DNA of 16,079 nucleotides from a virus (Duplodnaviria; Heunggongvirae; Uroviricota; Caudoviricetes): IMG/VR virus record IMGVR_UViG_2667527777_000009; one strand, 5' to 3'. Shown piece by piece: positions 1 to 7,221 of this stretch (position 1 is its first letter; each line of letters starts with the position of its first letter). The notes under the pieces were generated by a model. It saw only the letters and a program-made list of their open reading frames with translations, ran no database searches and was not told where the DNA came from. The position numbers and the translations under genes were made by a program.

Positions 1-1230
1 ATGAGCAGAGCACTTAACAAACTGAGCGATACACAGCTGAGGAAAATCAACGGCACACCCGCCCAAAAAACAGCCTTTCTTAATGACGGTGGAAACCTGA
101 GCGTCAGGCATTCAACCAGTGGCCTTTTAACCTGGTATTTCACTTACAGGGCCGGAACGGGAAGGGGGGCACCACCGGAACGCATTAAGCTGGGAAATTA
201 TCCTGATCTGAACCTGAAATCAGCCAGGGAAAAAGCCGCCCAGTGTCGCGCATGGCTGGCAGAGGGGAAAAATCCACGTCATGAGCTTAATTACACCGTA
301 CAGGAAGCGTTAAAGCCGGTAACGGTTGGCGATGCGCTCACCTACTGGCTTGAGTCGTACGCAAAGGAAAACCGCGTGGATTATGCCGCCCTGAAAAAGC
401 GCCTTAATAATCACGTAATACAGCACATTGGTGCTATGCCGCTGGATAAATGCGAGCTACGGCACTGGCTGGCCTGTTTTGACCAGGTGGCAAAGCGAAC
501 GCCTGTTACTGCCGGATTCTTGCTACAGACGTGCAAACAGGCGCTTAAGTTCTGCCGGAGGCGGCGCTATGCAATCAGCAACGTTTTTGATGATATGAGT
601 GTGGCGGACGTTGGGAAAAAACCGGATATAAGCGAGCGTGTCTTAAGCACCAAAGAACTGGGCGAATTATTGCAGGCACTGGACAAAAAAATATTCTCCC
701 CCTACTACATCGCGTTAATCCGCCTCCTGATTGTGTTCGGATGCCGGACGGTAGAACTGAGGTTATCGGAGATCAGCGAGTGGGATTTTACCGAAATGCT
801 CTGGACCGTGCCGAAAGAACACAGCAAAACGAAGGTGGCAATATTCCGGCCCATACCGGAAGCAATACTGCCGTTCGTCACGCAGCTGGTGGAGCAGAAC
901 AGGCACACGGGCTTATTGCTGGGGGAAGTGAAACAGGAAACAAGCGTGTCGCAGTACGGCAGATTAGCGCACAGGAGGCTAAATCACCCTCACTGGTCAC
1001 TACATGACATCCGGCGCACCTTTACAACGATGCTGAACGATTTAGGCGTGGATCCTCACGTCGTGGAGCAGCTTACAGGCCACCAGATGCCAGGAATGCA
1101 GCGAGTTTATAATCATTCCCGTTATCTGGATGCTAAACGCAATGCGCTGGATATGTGGACGGAGCGGTTAGGGATACTGGCGGGAACACATGAAAACGTA
1201 ACCACGCTACCAGTAGCCAGAAGAAAATAA
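1..1230 (+). CDS. int: Tyrosine recombinase/integrase, P4-type (409 aa)
   Basis: N-terminal arm-binding-like region (LSDTQLRK...DGGNLSVRHSTSGLLTWYFTYRAG), C-terminal HDIRRTF (H-x-x-R) and catalytic Tyr context (RVYNHSRYLD); stop TAA 1228-1230. Confidence 0.92.
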   Translation: MSRALNKLSDTQLRKINGTPAQKTAFLNDGGNLSVRHSTSGLLTWYFTYRAGTGRGAPPERIKLGNYPDLNLKSAREKAAQCRAWLAEGKNPRHELNYTVQEALKPVTVGDALTYWLESYAKENRVDYAALKKRLNNHVIQHIGAMPLDKCELRHWLACFDQVAKRTPVTAGFLLQTCKQALKFCRRRRYAISNVFDDMSVADVGKKPDISERVLSTKELGELLQALDKKIFSPYYIALIRLLIVFGCRTVELRLSEISEWDFTEMLWTVPKEHSKTKVAIFRPIPEAILPFVTQLVEQNRHTGLLLGEVKQETSVSQYGRLAHRRLNHPHWSLHDIRRTFTTMLNDLGVDPHVVEQLTGHQMPGMQRVYNHSRYLDAKRNALDMWTERLGILAGTHENVTTLPVARRK

Positions 1231-1247
1231 TTTTTTTCGTGTTTTTT

Positions 1248-1263
1248 CAGTATGCGCATACTG
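1248..1263. promoter_or_regulatory. 16-bp perfect palindrome CAGTATGCGCATACTG directly after int stop
   Basis: Sequence is its own reverse complement; follows a T-rich tract 1231-1247. Confidence 0.4.
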
Positions 1264-1410
1264 GATATGCGAACAGATACAACGTGCAACAATGAGCAAC
1301 AAAGCGGAACAACTACGAACAAGAGGTGAAAAAGTGTGCAGATTTATAAGTAGCTGATTTTTAATGTGTTACTGATTTTTTATACACTAGCGAATCACTC
1401 TTTAAATAGC

Positions 1411-1446
1411 GAGAAAAAAGGCATGAAACAATATTTTATGCCTTTG
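1411..1446 (-). terminator. Candidate intrinsic terminator on minus strand (7-bp stem AAGGCAT/ATGCCTT, then T-run on minus strand)
   Basis: Plus strand reads aaaaaaggcatgaaacaatattttatgcctttg; the reverse complement gives stem-loop followed by TTTTTTCTC. Confidence 0.4.
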
Positions 1447-1604
1447 TATTAACATGAATTTAAAGGATTTTATCCTGATTATTCCTCTTTCTGTAAACCA
1501 TACGGCCTCAACATTTGCCAACTCTGAATCATCCTGACACAATCAGACACATCCCAACGCAATAGAACACGAAATAACTCTTTAAGAAACGAAAGGGGGC
1601 AATA

Positions 1605-1793
1605 GTGTTAAGCACTGATCGGTTTATACGTGAAAAAGAATGCGAAAAGCTAACAGGCCTTAGCCGCTCATGCCGCTACCGCCTGGAAAAGGCCGGACAA
1701 TTCCCATCACGTCGTAAACTTGGCGGTCGTTCCGTTGGCTGGTCTTTATCCGAGGTTCTGGCCTGGAAGGATAGCTGCAAGGCAGTTCATTAA
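1605..1793 (+). CDS. alpA: AlpA-family transcriptional regulator / excisionase-like (62 aa, GTG start)
   Basis: LTGLSRSCRYRLEKAGQFPSRRKLGGRSVGWSLSEV matches the AlpA helix-turn-helix pattern; SD-like AGGGGG upstream of GTG. Confidence 0.85.
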   Translation: MLSTDRFIREKECEKLTGLSRSCRYRLEKAGQFPSRRKLGGRSVGWSLSEVLAWKDSCKAVH

Positions 1794-1937
1794 TCACGCT
1801 GGCGGCACGCAGCCGCCACACATCAATCATCTGAACACAGAGCTATAACCATGAAGATTGAATATACGCCAGAACGTGGGCGGGGATTCGTTCGCCCTGG
1901 TGAAACTGGAAAACCACAAAATTGGGGTTTTTCAGGC

Positions 1938-1968
1938 ATAAAAAAAGCGGCCCCGAAATGGAGCCGCC
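1938..1968 (-). terminator. Candidate minus-strand intrinsic terminator (GCGGC/GCCGC stem, 7-A run on plus strand = T-run on minus)
   Basis: Plus strand gcataaaaaaagcggccccgaaatggagccgcc; weak 5-bp GC stem, so moderate support only. Confidence 0.3.
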
Positions 1969-2296
1969 TTTCTGAACAGATAACCCGCTGCGCCGTTTGT
2001 GTGTGTGATCCCAAACATAAGCACGGGGATGATAGCCGCTATCAGGCTGGTGGGCAATGCAATCAGTCTGGTTCAGTGCGTTGCCATAACTGCGAAGTTC
2101 TCTCCTTTGATGAGTATTCTTTAAGGTACTTCTCAAGGGCAAAAGAACACGGCGCGAATCGTTCTGATTCATGCTCTTTCTTTCTGCGTCGTCTTTTTCG
2201 TGCAGGTGATGTTTTTTCGGTTGATTCTTCGTTGGTCATTGTGTGCGCCTGTAAAGCAATGCGCCGTAGTACCTCACACCACGGCGCTGATAGTTT

Positions 2297-2476
2297 TTAT
2301 CCTTTGGGTTCTATGCCGCGTTGCTGTAATTCTTTGCGGATTATTCGCTTTATCCAGGCAGCAAGAGAATCATCGCCGTCCTGTTGTTGTGCCTTTTCCA
2401 TCTTTTCCCGTAAGTCAGGATCTAAACGGAACTGGAACGGAGGATTACCACGCCTTTCGTTTTTGTGTGTTGACAC
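2297..2476 (-). CDS. Ribbon-helix-helix (Arc/MetJ-like) DNA-binding protein, ~59 aa, GTG start (not in supplied ORF track because <60 aa)
   Basis: Manual minus-strand translation: (M)STHKNERRGNPPFQFRLDPDLREKMEKAQQQDGDDSLAAWIKRIIRKELQQRGIEPKG; beta-strand FQFRL plus two helices resembles phage Arc; GAGGT SD 9 nt upstream of GTG; stop TAA at 2299-2297. Confidence 0.55.
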   Translation of the reverse strand: MSTHKNERRGNPPFQFRLDPDLREKMEKAQQQDGDDSLAAWIKRIIRKELQQRGIEPKG

Positions 2477-2504
2477 GTTAATTACACCTCAGGTAATGTA
2501 TTTA

Positions 2505-2525
2505 TGTGTAGTGACACATTACACA
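2505..2525. promoter_or_regulatory. Inverted repeat TGTGTA-N9-TACACA upstream of the RHH gene (candidate operator)
   Basis: Seen directly at 2505-2510 and 2520-2525, within ~50 bp of the RHH start. Confidence 0.35.
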
Positions 2526-2543
2526 CAATCAACACAAAAAGCA

Positions 2544-2576
2544 AAGCCCCGCACTGTAGGAGCAGTAACGGGGCTT
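2544..2576. other. 8-bp stem-loop (AAGCCCCG ... CGGGGCTT, 17-nt loop) in divergent intergenic region
   Basis: Perfect 8-bp inverted repeat; on minus strand it is followed by TTTTTGTGTT, so it could be a minus-strand terminator or attenuator. Confidence 0.35.
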
Positions 2577-2795
2577 CTAACCAACAACGTAAACTAGGAG
2601 CCGTTATGGTTGCCGTAAATCATATACCACACCTTGTACACACACAAACGGCCTTTGTGTGGCGTTTTCTGGCACTGAGTGCCGGAGAATCCCAAATCAT
2701 CCACGTAACCGCTTGGACGGAACGCGAAGCGCGTAGCCGTTGCCCGTCCGGTTGTGTTGCTGTATTCGCCGCCCGTATTCGTCAGGGGGAAACCT

Positions 2796-3017
2796 ATGCA
2801 CAATAAAACCACACCGAACGCAGCAGCCGCCGCACTCACTACGCTGATGCACGCGCTTATTGATATTGAATGCACGGCAGAGCTTGCGCAGGGAGAAGAA
2901 CAGAAAGACCGGACACAGTTCGCCCTGGAATGTATCCGATACATCGCAACGCGGTCACTGAATGACGCTAAAAATATTCTTGTTGCCGATTGTGAAAATG
3001 GGGGGGGTTATGCGTGA
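2796..3017 (+). CDS. Hypothetical small protein (73 aa)
   Basis: ATG 2796 with AGGGGGA SD 5 nt upstream; ORF track frame (2754 is an upstream GTG alternative start). Confidence 0.55.
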   Translation: MHNKTTPNAAAAALTTLMHALIDIECTAELAQGEEQKDRTQFALECIRYIATRSLNDAKNILVADCENGGGYA

Positions 3018-3162
3018 TGATCGTTTTAATTCCCTGAAACAGGAATTTTCCGGCGTTCCTGATGATGCGGCTGATGCGCTTTCGTCAATGCCAGAACTTA
3101 TTAGAGCGGCTTTTTTCTTACTTTCCACGAGAGAATATAAATCAACGGGCTTGATGTACTGA
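3010..3162 (+). CDS. Hypothetical small protein (50 aa)
   Basis: ATG 3010 preceded by a G7 tract, overlaps stop of upstream ORF (translational coupling pattern). Confidence 0.35.
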   Translation: MRDDRFNSLKQEFSGVPDDAADALSSMPELIRAAFFLLSTREYKSTGLMY

Positions 3163-3231
3163 ATATCGCCGCCGATTATGCTGATTTCGTGACAGAGGTT
3201 ATTTTAAGAAAAACGACGGACGGGGATTAAT

Positions 3232-3465
3232 ATGCGTGATATTTACCACGAAACAATAGACCGCGCATTTCTTGCACTTTCTCACAGTGAAAACATGCTG
3301 GAAATATTGCGCATATGGCTTGAAACACTTGGCGACAATGAACGCGACAAACAAAAATCAAGAATTGCCACGGCATTAATAACGCTTCTTGAGCCTGTAA
3401 TAATGGAACTGCAAGAAATAGATCTATTGCACGACAGATATAAAGAACAACACACCGGAGAATAA
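3232..3465 (+). CDS. Hypothetical small protein (77 aa)
   Basis: ATG with GGGGA SD at 3222-3226; acidic helical-looking sequence. Confidence 0.55.
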   Translation: MRDIYHETIDRAFLALSHSENMLEILRIWLETLGDNERDKQKSRIATALITLLEPVIMELQEIDLLHDRYKEQHTGE

Positions 3466-3470
3466 AAATA

Positions 3471-3770
3471 ATGAAACTTAAATATTCTGGCTTAACTGCC
3501 AGTGGCAACACTCACCCTAAATTTACGCGCGGTGATATTTACCGCGACCAGTACGGCGGCATGGTAACGATTAAAGGCGTGGCAGAACGGCGCATCACCT
3601 ACCGCCGTGAAGGTTACGAATATGATTGCGTGATGCCTGTTTATCAATTCCGGCGTGATTTCACGCTGGTACAGGCAGCGCCCCGCAGTAAACCAACCAG
3701 CAGGGAGAAAGCACGCGCCAATATTCAGGAAATAAAAAAGATGCTTAACGTATTCAGGGGTAAAAAATGA
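3471..3770 (+). CDS. Hypothetical protein (99 aa), stop overlaps primase start (ATGA)
   Basis: GGAG SD ~10 nt upstream; overlap with downstream primase start suggests one operon. Confidence 0.6.
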   Translation: MKLKYSGLTASGNTHPKFTRGDIYRDQYGGMVTIKGVAERRITYRREGYEYDCVMPVYQFRRDFTLVQAAPRSKPTSREKARANIQEIKKMLNVFRGKK

Positions 3771-5515
3771 AACTGGCACCGAACGTAAAAAAACAGCCAC
3801 GCGGAATAAAACACAAAGACACAGAGGTAATTATCTTTGCGGGTAGTGATGCCTGGTCGCACGCGAAACAATGGCAGGAGCAGGATGGCCCCGCATCCGG
3901 CGATAATGTGCCGCCTGTGTGGCTTGGGCCAAATCAGCTTGCCGAACTTGATGCACTGAAAATTGTTCCGGATGGAAAAAAACGCGTAAGGCTGTACCAG
4001 GCCGGAGAACTGGATTTGGTGGAGACCAAAAAGATTGGTCAGAAGCTGGCGGCGGCAGATATTCAGGACGCAAATTTTTACCCCGAAGGAATGCACGTCC
4101 AGAAGTGTGAAAACTGGCGGCGCTATCTGAATGCTGAGCGTGAAAATATTGCCGCAGGGCTTACCATGCCGGAGCAGAAAAATACGCAACTGGCACAAAT
4201 GGCAGACAGTGAGCGCGCGCAGCTGCTTGCCGAGCGCTTTGATGGCGTTTGTGTGCATCAGGAAAGTGAAATCGTTCACGTATGGCGCGGCGGGGTATGG
4301 TGTCCGGTCAGCACAATGGAACTTAGCCGCGAAATGGTGGCGATCTATTCAGAGCACAGGGCCACTTTCAGCAAGCGCGTAATCAATAACGCCGTGGAAG
4401 CGTTAAAAGTTATTGCCGAACCAATGGGCGAGCCGTCCGGCGATTTGCTGCCGTTCGCCAATGGTGCGCTTGACCTGAAAACGGGGGAATTTTCCCCGCA
4501 CACGCCGGAGAACTGGATCACCACGCACAACGGCATTGAGTACACGCCACCAGCACCAGGGGAGAACATCCGCGATAACGCGCTAAACTTTCATAAATGG
4601 CTTGAGCACGCAGCCGGAAAAGACCAGCGCAAGATGATGCGTATATGTGCCGCGCTGTACATGATTATGGCGAACCGGTACGACTGGCAGATGTTTATTG
4701 AGGCCACCGGAGACGGCGGGAGCGGTAAAAGTACATTCACACACATAGCCATCCTTCTGGCAGGGAAACAGAACACGGTAAGCGCTGAAATGACATCGCT
4801 TGATGATGCTGGTGGACGTGCGCAGGTTGTCGGGAGTCGTCTTATCGTCCTGGCTGACCAGCCGAAATATACAGGCGAAGGAACGGGCATCAAGAAAATC
4901 ACGGGCGGTGACCCCGTGGAAATTAACCCGAAATACGAAAAGCGTTTCACGGCTGTAATCAGGGCGGTGGTGCTGGCGACCAACAATAACCCGATGATAT
5001 TCACCGAACGGGCCGGAGGTGTGGCACGTCGTCGCGTGATTTTCCGTTTCGACAATATCGTTAGTGAGGCCGAAAAAGACAGGGAGCTACCGGAAAAGAT
5101 TGCGGCTGAAATCCCTGTCATTATCCGCCGATTGCTGGCGAACTTTACCGACTCTGAGAAAGCACGGGCTTTACTACTGGAACAGCGTGACGGTGATGAA
5201 GCTCTGGCAATAAAGCAACAGACGGATCCGGTTATTGAGTTTTGCCAGTTCCTGAATTTTCTGGAGGAAGCACGCGGCCTGATGATGGGCGGCGGTGGCG
5301 ATTCAGTGAAGTACACGACCAGAAACAGCCTTTACCGCGTCTATCTGGCGTTTATGGCGTACGCAGGCAGGAGCAAACCGCTAAACGTAAATGACTTTGG
5401 CAAGGCTATGAAGCCAGCCGCGAAAGTTTACGGACATGAATATATTACGCGGAAAGTTAAGGGAGTAACGCAGACTAACGCAATAACAACAGACGAGTGC
5501 GACGCGTTTTTATAA
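3767..5515 (+). CDS. Phage/plasmid primase-helicase, P4 alpha-like C-terminal domain (SF3-type P-loop NTPase), replication initiator (582 aa)
   Basis: Walker A GDGGSGKST; LPFANGALDLKTGEF motif typical of the D5/P4 primase C-terminal region; followed by iteron origin. Confidence 0.85.
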   Translation: MKLAPNVKKQPRGIKHKDTEVIIFAGSDAWSHAKQWQEQDGPASGDNVPPVWLGPNQLAELDALKIVPDGKKRVRLYQAGELDLVETKKIGQKLAAADIQDANFYPEGMHVQKCENWRRYLNAERENIAAGLTMPEQKNTQLAQMADSERAQLLAERFDGVCVHQESEIVHVWRGGVWCPVSTMELSREMVAIYSEHRATFSKRVINNAVEALKVIAEPMGEPSGDLLPFANGALDLKTGEFSPHTPENWITTHNGIEYTPPAPGENIRDNALNFHKWLEHAAGKDQRKMMRICAALYMIMANRYDWQMFIEATGDGGSGKSTFTHIAILLAGKQNTVSAEMTSLDDAGGRAQVVGSRLIVLADQPKYTGEGTGIKKITGGDPVEINPKYEKRFTAVIRAVVLATNNNPMIFTERAGGVARRRVIFRFDNIVSEAEKDRELPEKIAAEIPVIIRRLLANFTDSEKARALLLEQRDGDEALAIKQQTDPVIEFCQFLNFLEEARGLMMGGGGDSVKYTTRNSLYRVYLAFMAYAGRSKPLNVNDFGKAMKPAAKVYGHEYITRKVKGVTQTNAITTDECDAFL

Positions 5516-5524
5516 TTTTTTGTA

Positions 5525-5760
5525 ATTGCTGTCTACCCTGTCTACCTGAGTAAAGAAAAATACATTTAATTCAGTGCATTAAGTTAGGTAGATAGCCTTT
5601 TTTTACTGTCTACCCACTATCTACCCTCTCTACCTGATTTTACCTGAATCAGACAGGGAGGTAGACACGGGGTAGATAGTGGATAAAAGCACTCTACCCC
5701 GCTGAAAGCAGCGCCATTACTGGCATGAGGGCCACTAAGGTAGATAAGGTAGACAAGGGG
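5525..5760. repeat. Replication origin: at least 10 iterons with core GGTAGA(C/T)A / T(A/G)TCTACC in both orientations, AT-rich spacer, DnaA-box-like TTATCCACT (minus strand, 5679-5687)
   Basis: Copies at about 5530, 5540, 5587, 5607, 5617, 5628, 5660, 5671, 5692, 5739, 5748; several spaced ~10 bp apart; immediately downstream of the primase gene. Confidence 0.6.
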
Positions 5761-5803
5761 AGGCACAACTCAAAACTTTTTAAACGAGGGGGTAAAAATA
5801 AAT

Positions 5804-6082
5804 ATGCACACTTCAGGGAAATTTAATAAATCATTCAAAAAACGCAGAGACAGAACAGAACCGAAATATCGCGCGTTAGACATGACAGAGCACGCTTTAA
5901 AGGTGGCAATCAGAACGATAGACCGCCACGCGGGGGAAGGATACGCGAAAGCACATCCCGAACTGATAAGCGCATTCATGACCACGACGGCGGCAAATTT
6001 TGCCACGCTGACAGAGCGGGAGATTGCCGAAGCGGAACAGGTAACAACAATCAACGTTAAAACCGGAGAGGTGGAATCATGA
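5804..6082 (+). CDS. Hypothetical protein (92 aa)
   Basis: GAGGGGG SD upstream; stop overlaps next ORF start. Confidence 0.55.
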   Translation: MHTSGKFNKSFKKRRDRTEPKYRALDMTEHALKVAIRTIDRHAGEGYAKAHPELISAFMTTTAANFATLTEREIAEAEQVTTINVKTGEVES

Positions 6083-6384
6083 GCGAACCAAAATTTGGTG
6101 AAAAATTTTACAAGCACAACGGACGGATCACGATTCTGCAAATAAGCGCAGCTACACCAGGCTGGTGGGTTGAAACAGACGAAGGATCCTCACCCGTGGC
6201 ATCATGGGCGCTTTGTGTGCTTAGTTACCCTGACCGCGATGTGTATCAGGATATTCTGCCTGTGATATCCACTGACAAAGGCATGAAACCCGTAGACATC
6301 AAAAACATGGGGTTTCAGTGCGTAATGCTCACTGAAAAAATGATGGAAGAGATGAAAAAGAACAATGCCGGATCGCTTCACTGA
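6079..6384 (+). CDS. Hypothetical protein (101 aa)
   Basis: ATGA overlap with upstream ORF. Confidence 0.6.
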   Translation: MSEPKFGEKFYKHNGRITILQISAATPGWWVETDEGSSPVASWALCVLSYPDRDVYQDILPVISTDKGMKPVDIKNMGFQCVMLTEKMMEEMKKNNAGSLH

Positions 6385-6393
6385 GGTGGCAAT

Positions 6394-6555
6394 ATGACAG
6401 CACAAATTGCAGCTTACGGGCGGCTGGTGGGCGACCCGCTGGTAAAACAGAGCAGCAAGGGCACACCGGAGCCGCCAACGGAGAACTACGCAGACCTGAG
6501 AAATGCAGTAAATCGCACTTACGCAGACATGGGGCTGAGCAAATTAGCAGAGTAG
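6394..6555 (+). CDS. Hypothetical small protein (53 aa), not in ORF track
   Basis: Manual translation MTAQIAAYGRLVGDPLVKQSSKGTPEPPTENYADLRNAVNRTYADMGLSKLAE; GAGGTGG SD 4-5 nt upstream; followed by terminator. Confidence 0.45.
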   Translation: MTAQIAAYGRLVGDPLVKQSSKGTPEPPTENYADLRNAVNRTYADMGLSKLAE

Positions 6556-6577
6556 GAATATCAGAACCACACCACGC

Positions 6578-6601
6578 AGCCGGAGCAATCCGGCTTTTTT
6601 T
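6578..6601 (+). terminator. Intrinsic terminator (AGCCGGA-gcaa-TCCGGCT + T7)
   Basis: 7-bp perfect stem, 4-nt loop, T-run. Confidence 0.7.
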
Positions 6602-6696
6602 GCGTCATTTGAAACGGTATGGAGCACTACTGGCTTTTCGTCACGGTCCGGCATAGTTACTATCTGAAACAAACAGACACAACAGAGGAAAACGCA

Positions 6697-6921
6697 ATGC
6701 CGATGAAATTTGATGAGATACTTAAACAGCGTGATAAATACCATGCTGACAACATGGAGACGATGAATATCACTGATTACCGCGCATTTCTGGAAACGGG
6801 GGCGCTGATTGAAAAGGATCATCATGGTTTTGTTCGTTGCGCGCTATCCGGTGAAATGCTGGCAGTAAATCCTGAACAGACAGATGCATTGATAGAATTT
6901 CTGAAAGGGATCAGAGACTGA
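6697..6921 (+). CDS. Hypothetical protein (74 aa)
   Basis: ATG 6697 with AGAGGA SD 7 nt upstream; the track's 6619 start sits right after a terminator and is less likely. Confidence 0.55.
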   Translation: MPMKFDEILKQRDKYHADNMETMNITDYRAFLETGALIEKDHHGFVRCALSGEMLAVNPEQTDALIEFLKGIRD

Positions 6922-6940
6922 GCACCCATACAGCACATAC

Positions 6941-6968
6941 AGCCGGAGCAATCCGGCTTTTTGTTATT
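6941..6968 (+). terminator. Intrinsic terminator, second exact copy of the 6578-6601 hairpin
   Basis: Identical 23-nt CAGCCGGAGCAATCCGGCTTTTT at 6577-6599 and 6940-6962. Confidence 0.7.
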
Positions 6969-7083
6969 TTTTGTAAATTATTTGTTCGTGGTTGTTCCAC
7001 GTTGTTCACTGAGCGGATCGGCATATTTTACCCGAACTGAATCATGATTATTCTCGCCCGTGGTGCCAGGACGCTGGGGCCAC

Positions 7084-7131
7084 TTTCCCGCCTGTTAATG
7101 TGCTCGCCAATATTCATTACCAGGCGGGAAA
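7084..7131. promoter_or_regulatory. 11-bp perfect inverted repeat TTTCCCGCCTG-N26-CAGGCGGGAAA upstream of capsid operon
   Basis: Seen directly; no T-run on either side, so not a simple terminator. Confidence 0.4.
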
Positions 7132-7184
7132 ACGATCGGTGCGATTACTGATTTCCTTATGAAAAACGGTTGAGTGTTTGCCGC

Positions 7185-7221
7185 GTCCTGGAGTTCCTTA
7201 CTTAACCCCAGGACTTTTTTT
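7185..7221 (+). terminator. Terminator-like hairpin (GTCCTGG ... CCAGGAC + T7) abutting the capsid gene ATG
   Basis: 7-bp stem, 16-nt loop, TTTTTTT at 7215-7221, ATG at 7222; no Shine-Dalgarno in between. Confidence 0.45.

Noticed and set aside
1843..2172. 109-aa minus-strand ORF
   Set aside because: Runs through the candidate terminator at 1938-1968 and has no protein-like features; a different frame on the same strand (2239-2063) looks marginally better but is also unproven.
1851..2597. 248-aa plus-strand ORF listed in the track
   Set aside because: Translation is Cys/Arg/Ser-rich with no domain-like pattern, runs through a hairpin/terminator, and is antisense to a clean RHH gene; most likely a shadow frame.
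4591..5316. 241-aa minus-strand ORF, with 3725-4279 and other antisense ORFs inside the primase gene
   Set aside because: Entirely antisense to the well-supported primase/helicase CDS; Pro/Ser/Arg-rich shadow ORFs typical of the opposite strand of a GC-rich gene.
5525..5760. Possible CRISPR array
   Set aside because: Repeats are 7-9 bp, in both orientations, with irregular spacing and no uniform spacers; this is iteron architecture.
6992..7006. 15-bp repeat as duplicated att core
   Set aside because: A single 15-mer match within 16 kb is not far above chance and the copy at 6992 is internal to the element; kept as a possible regulatory motif, not as att.
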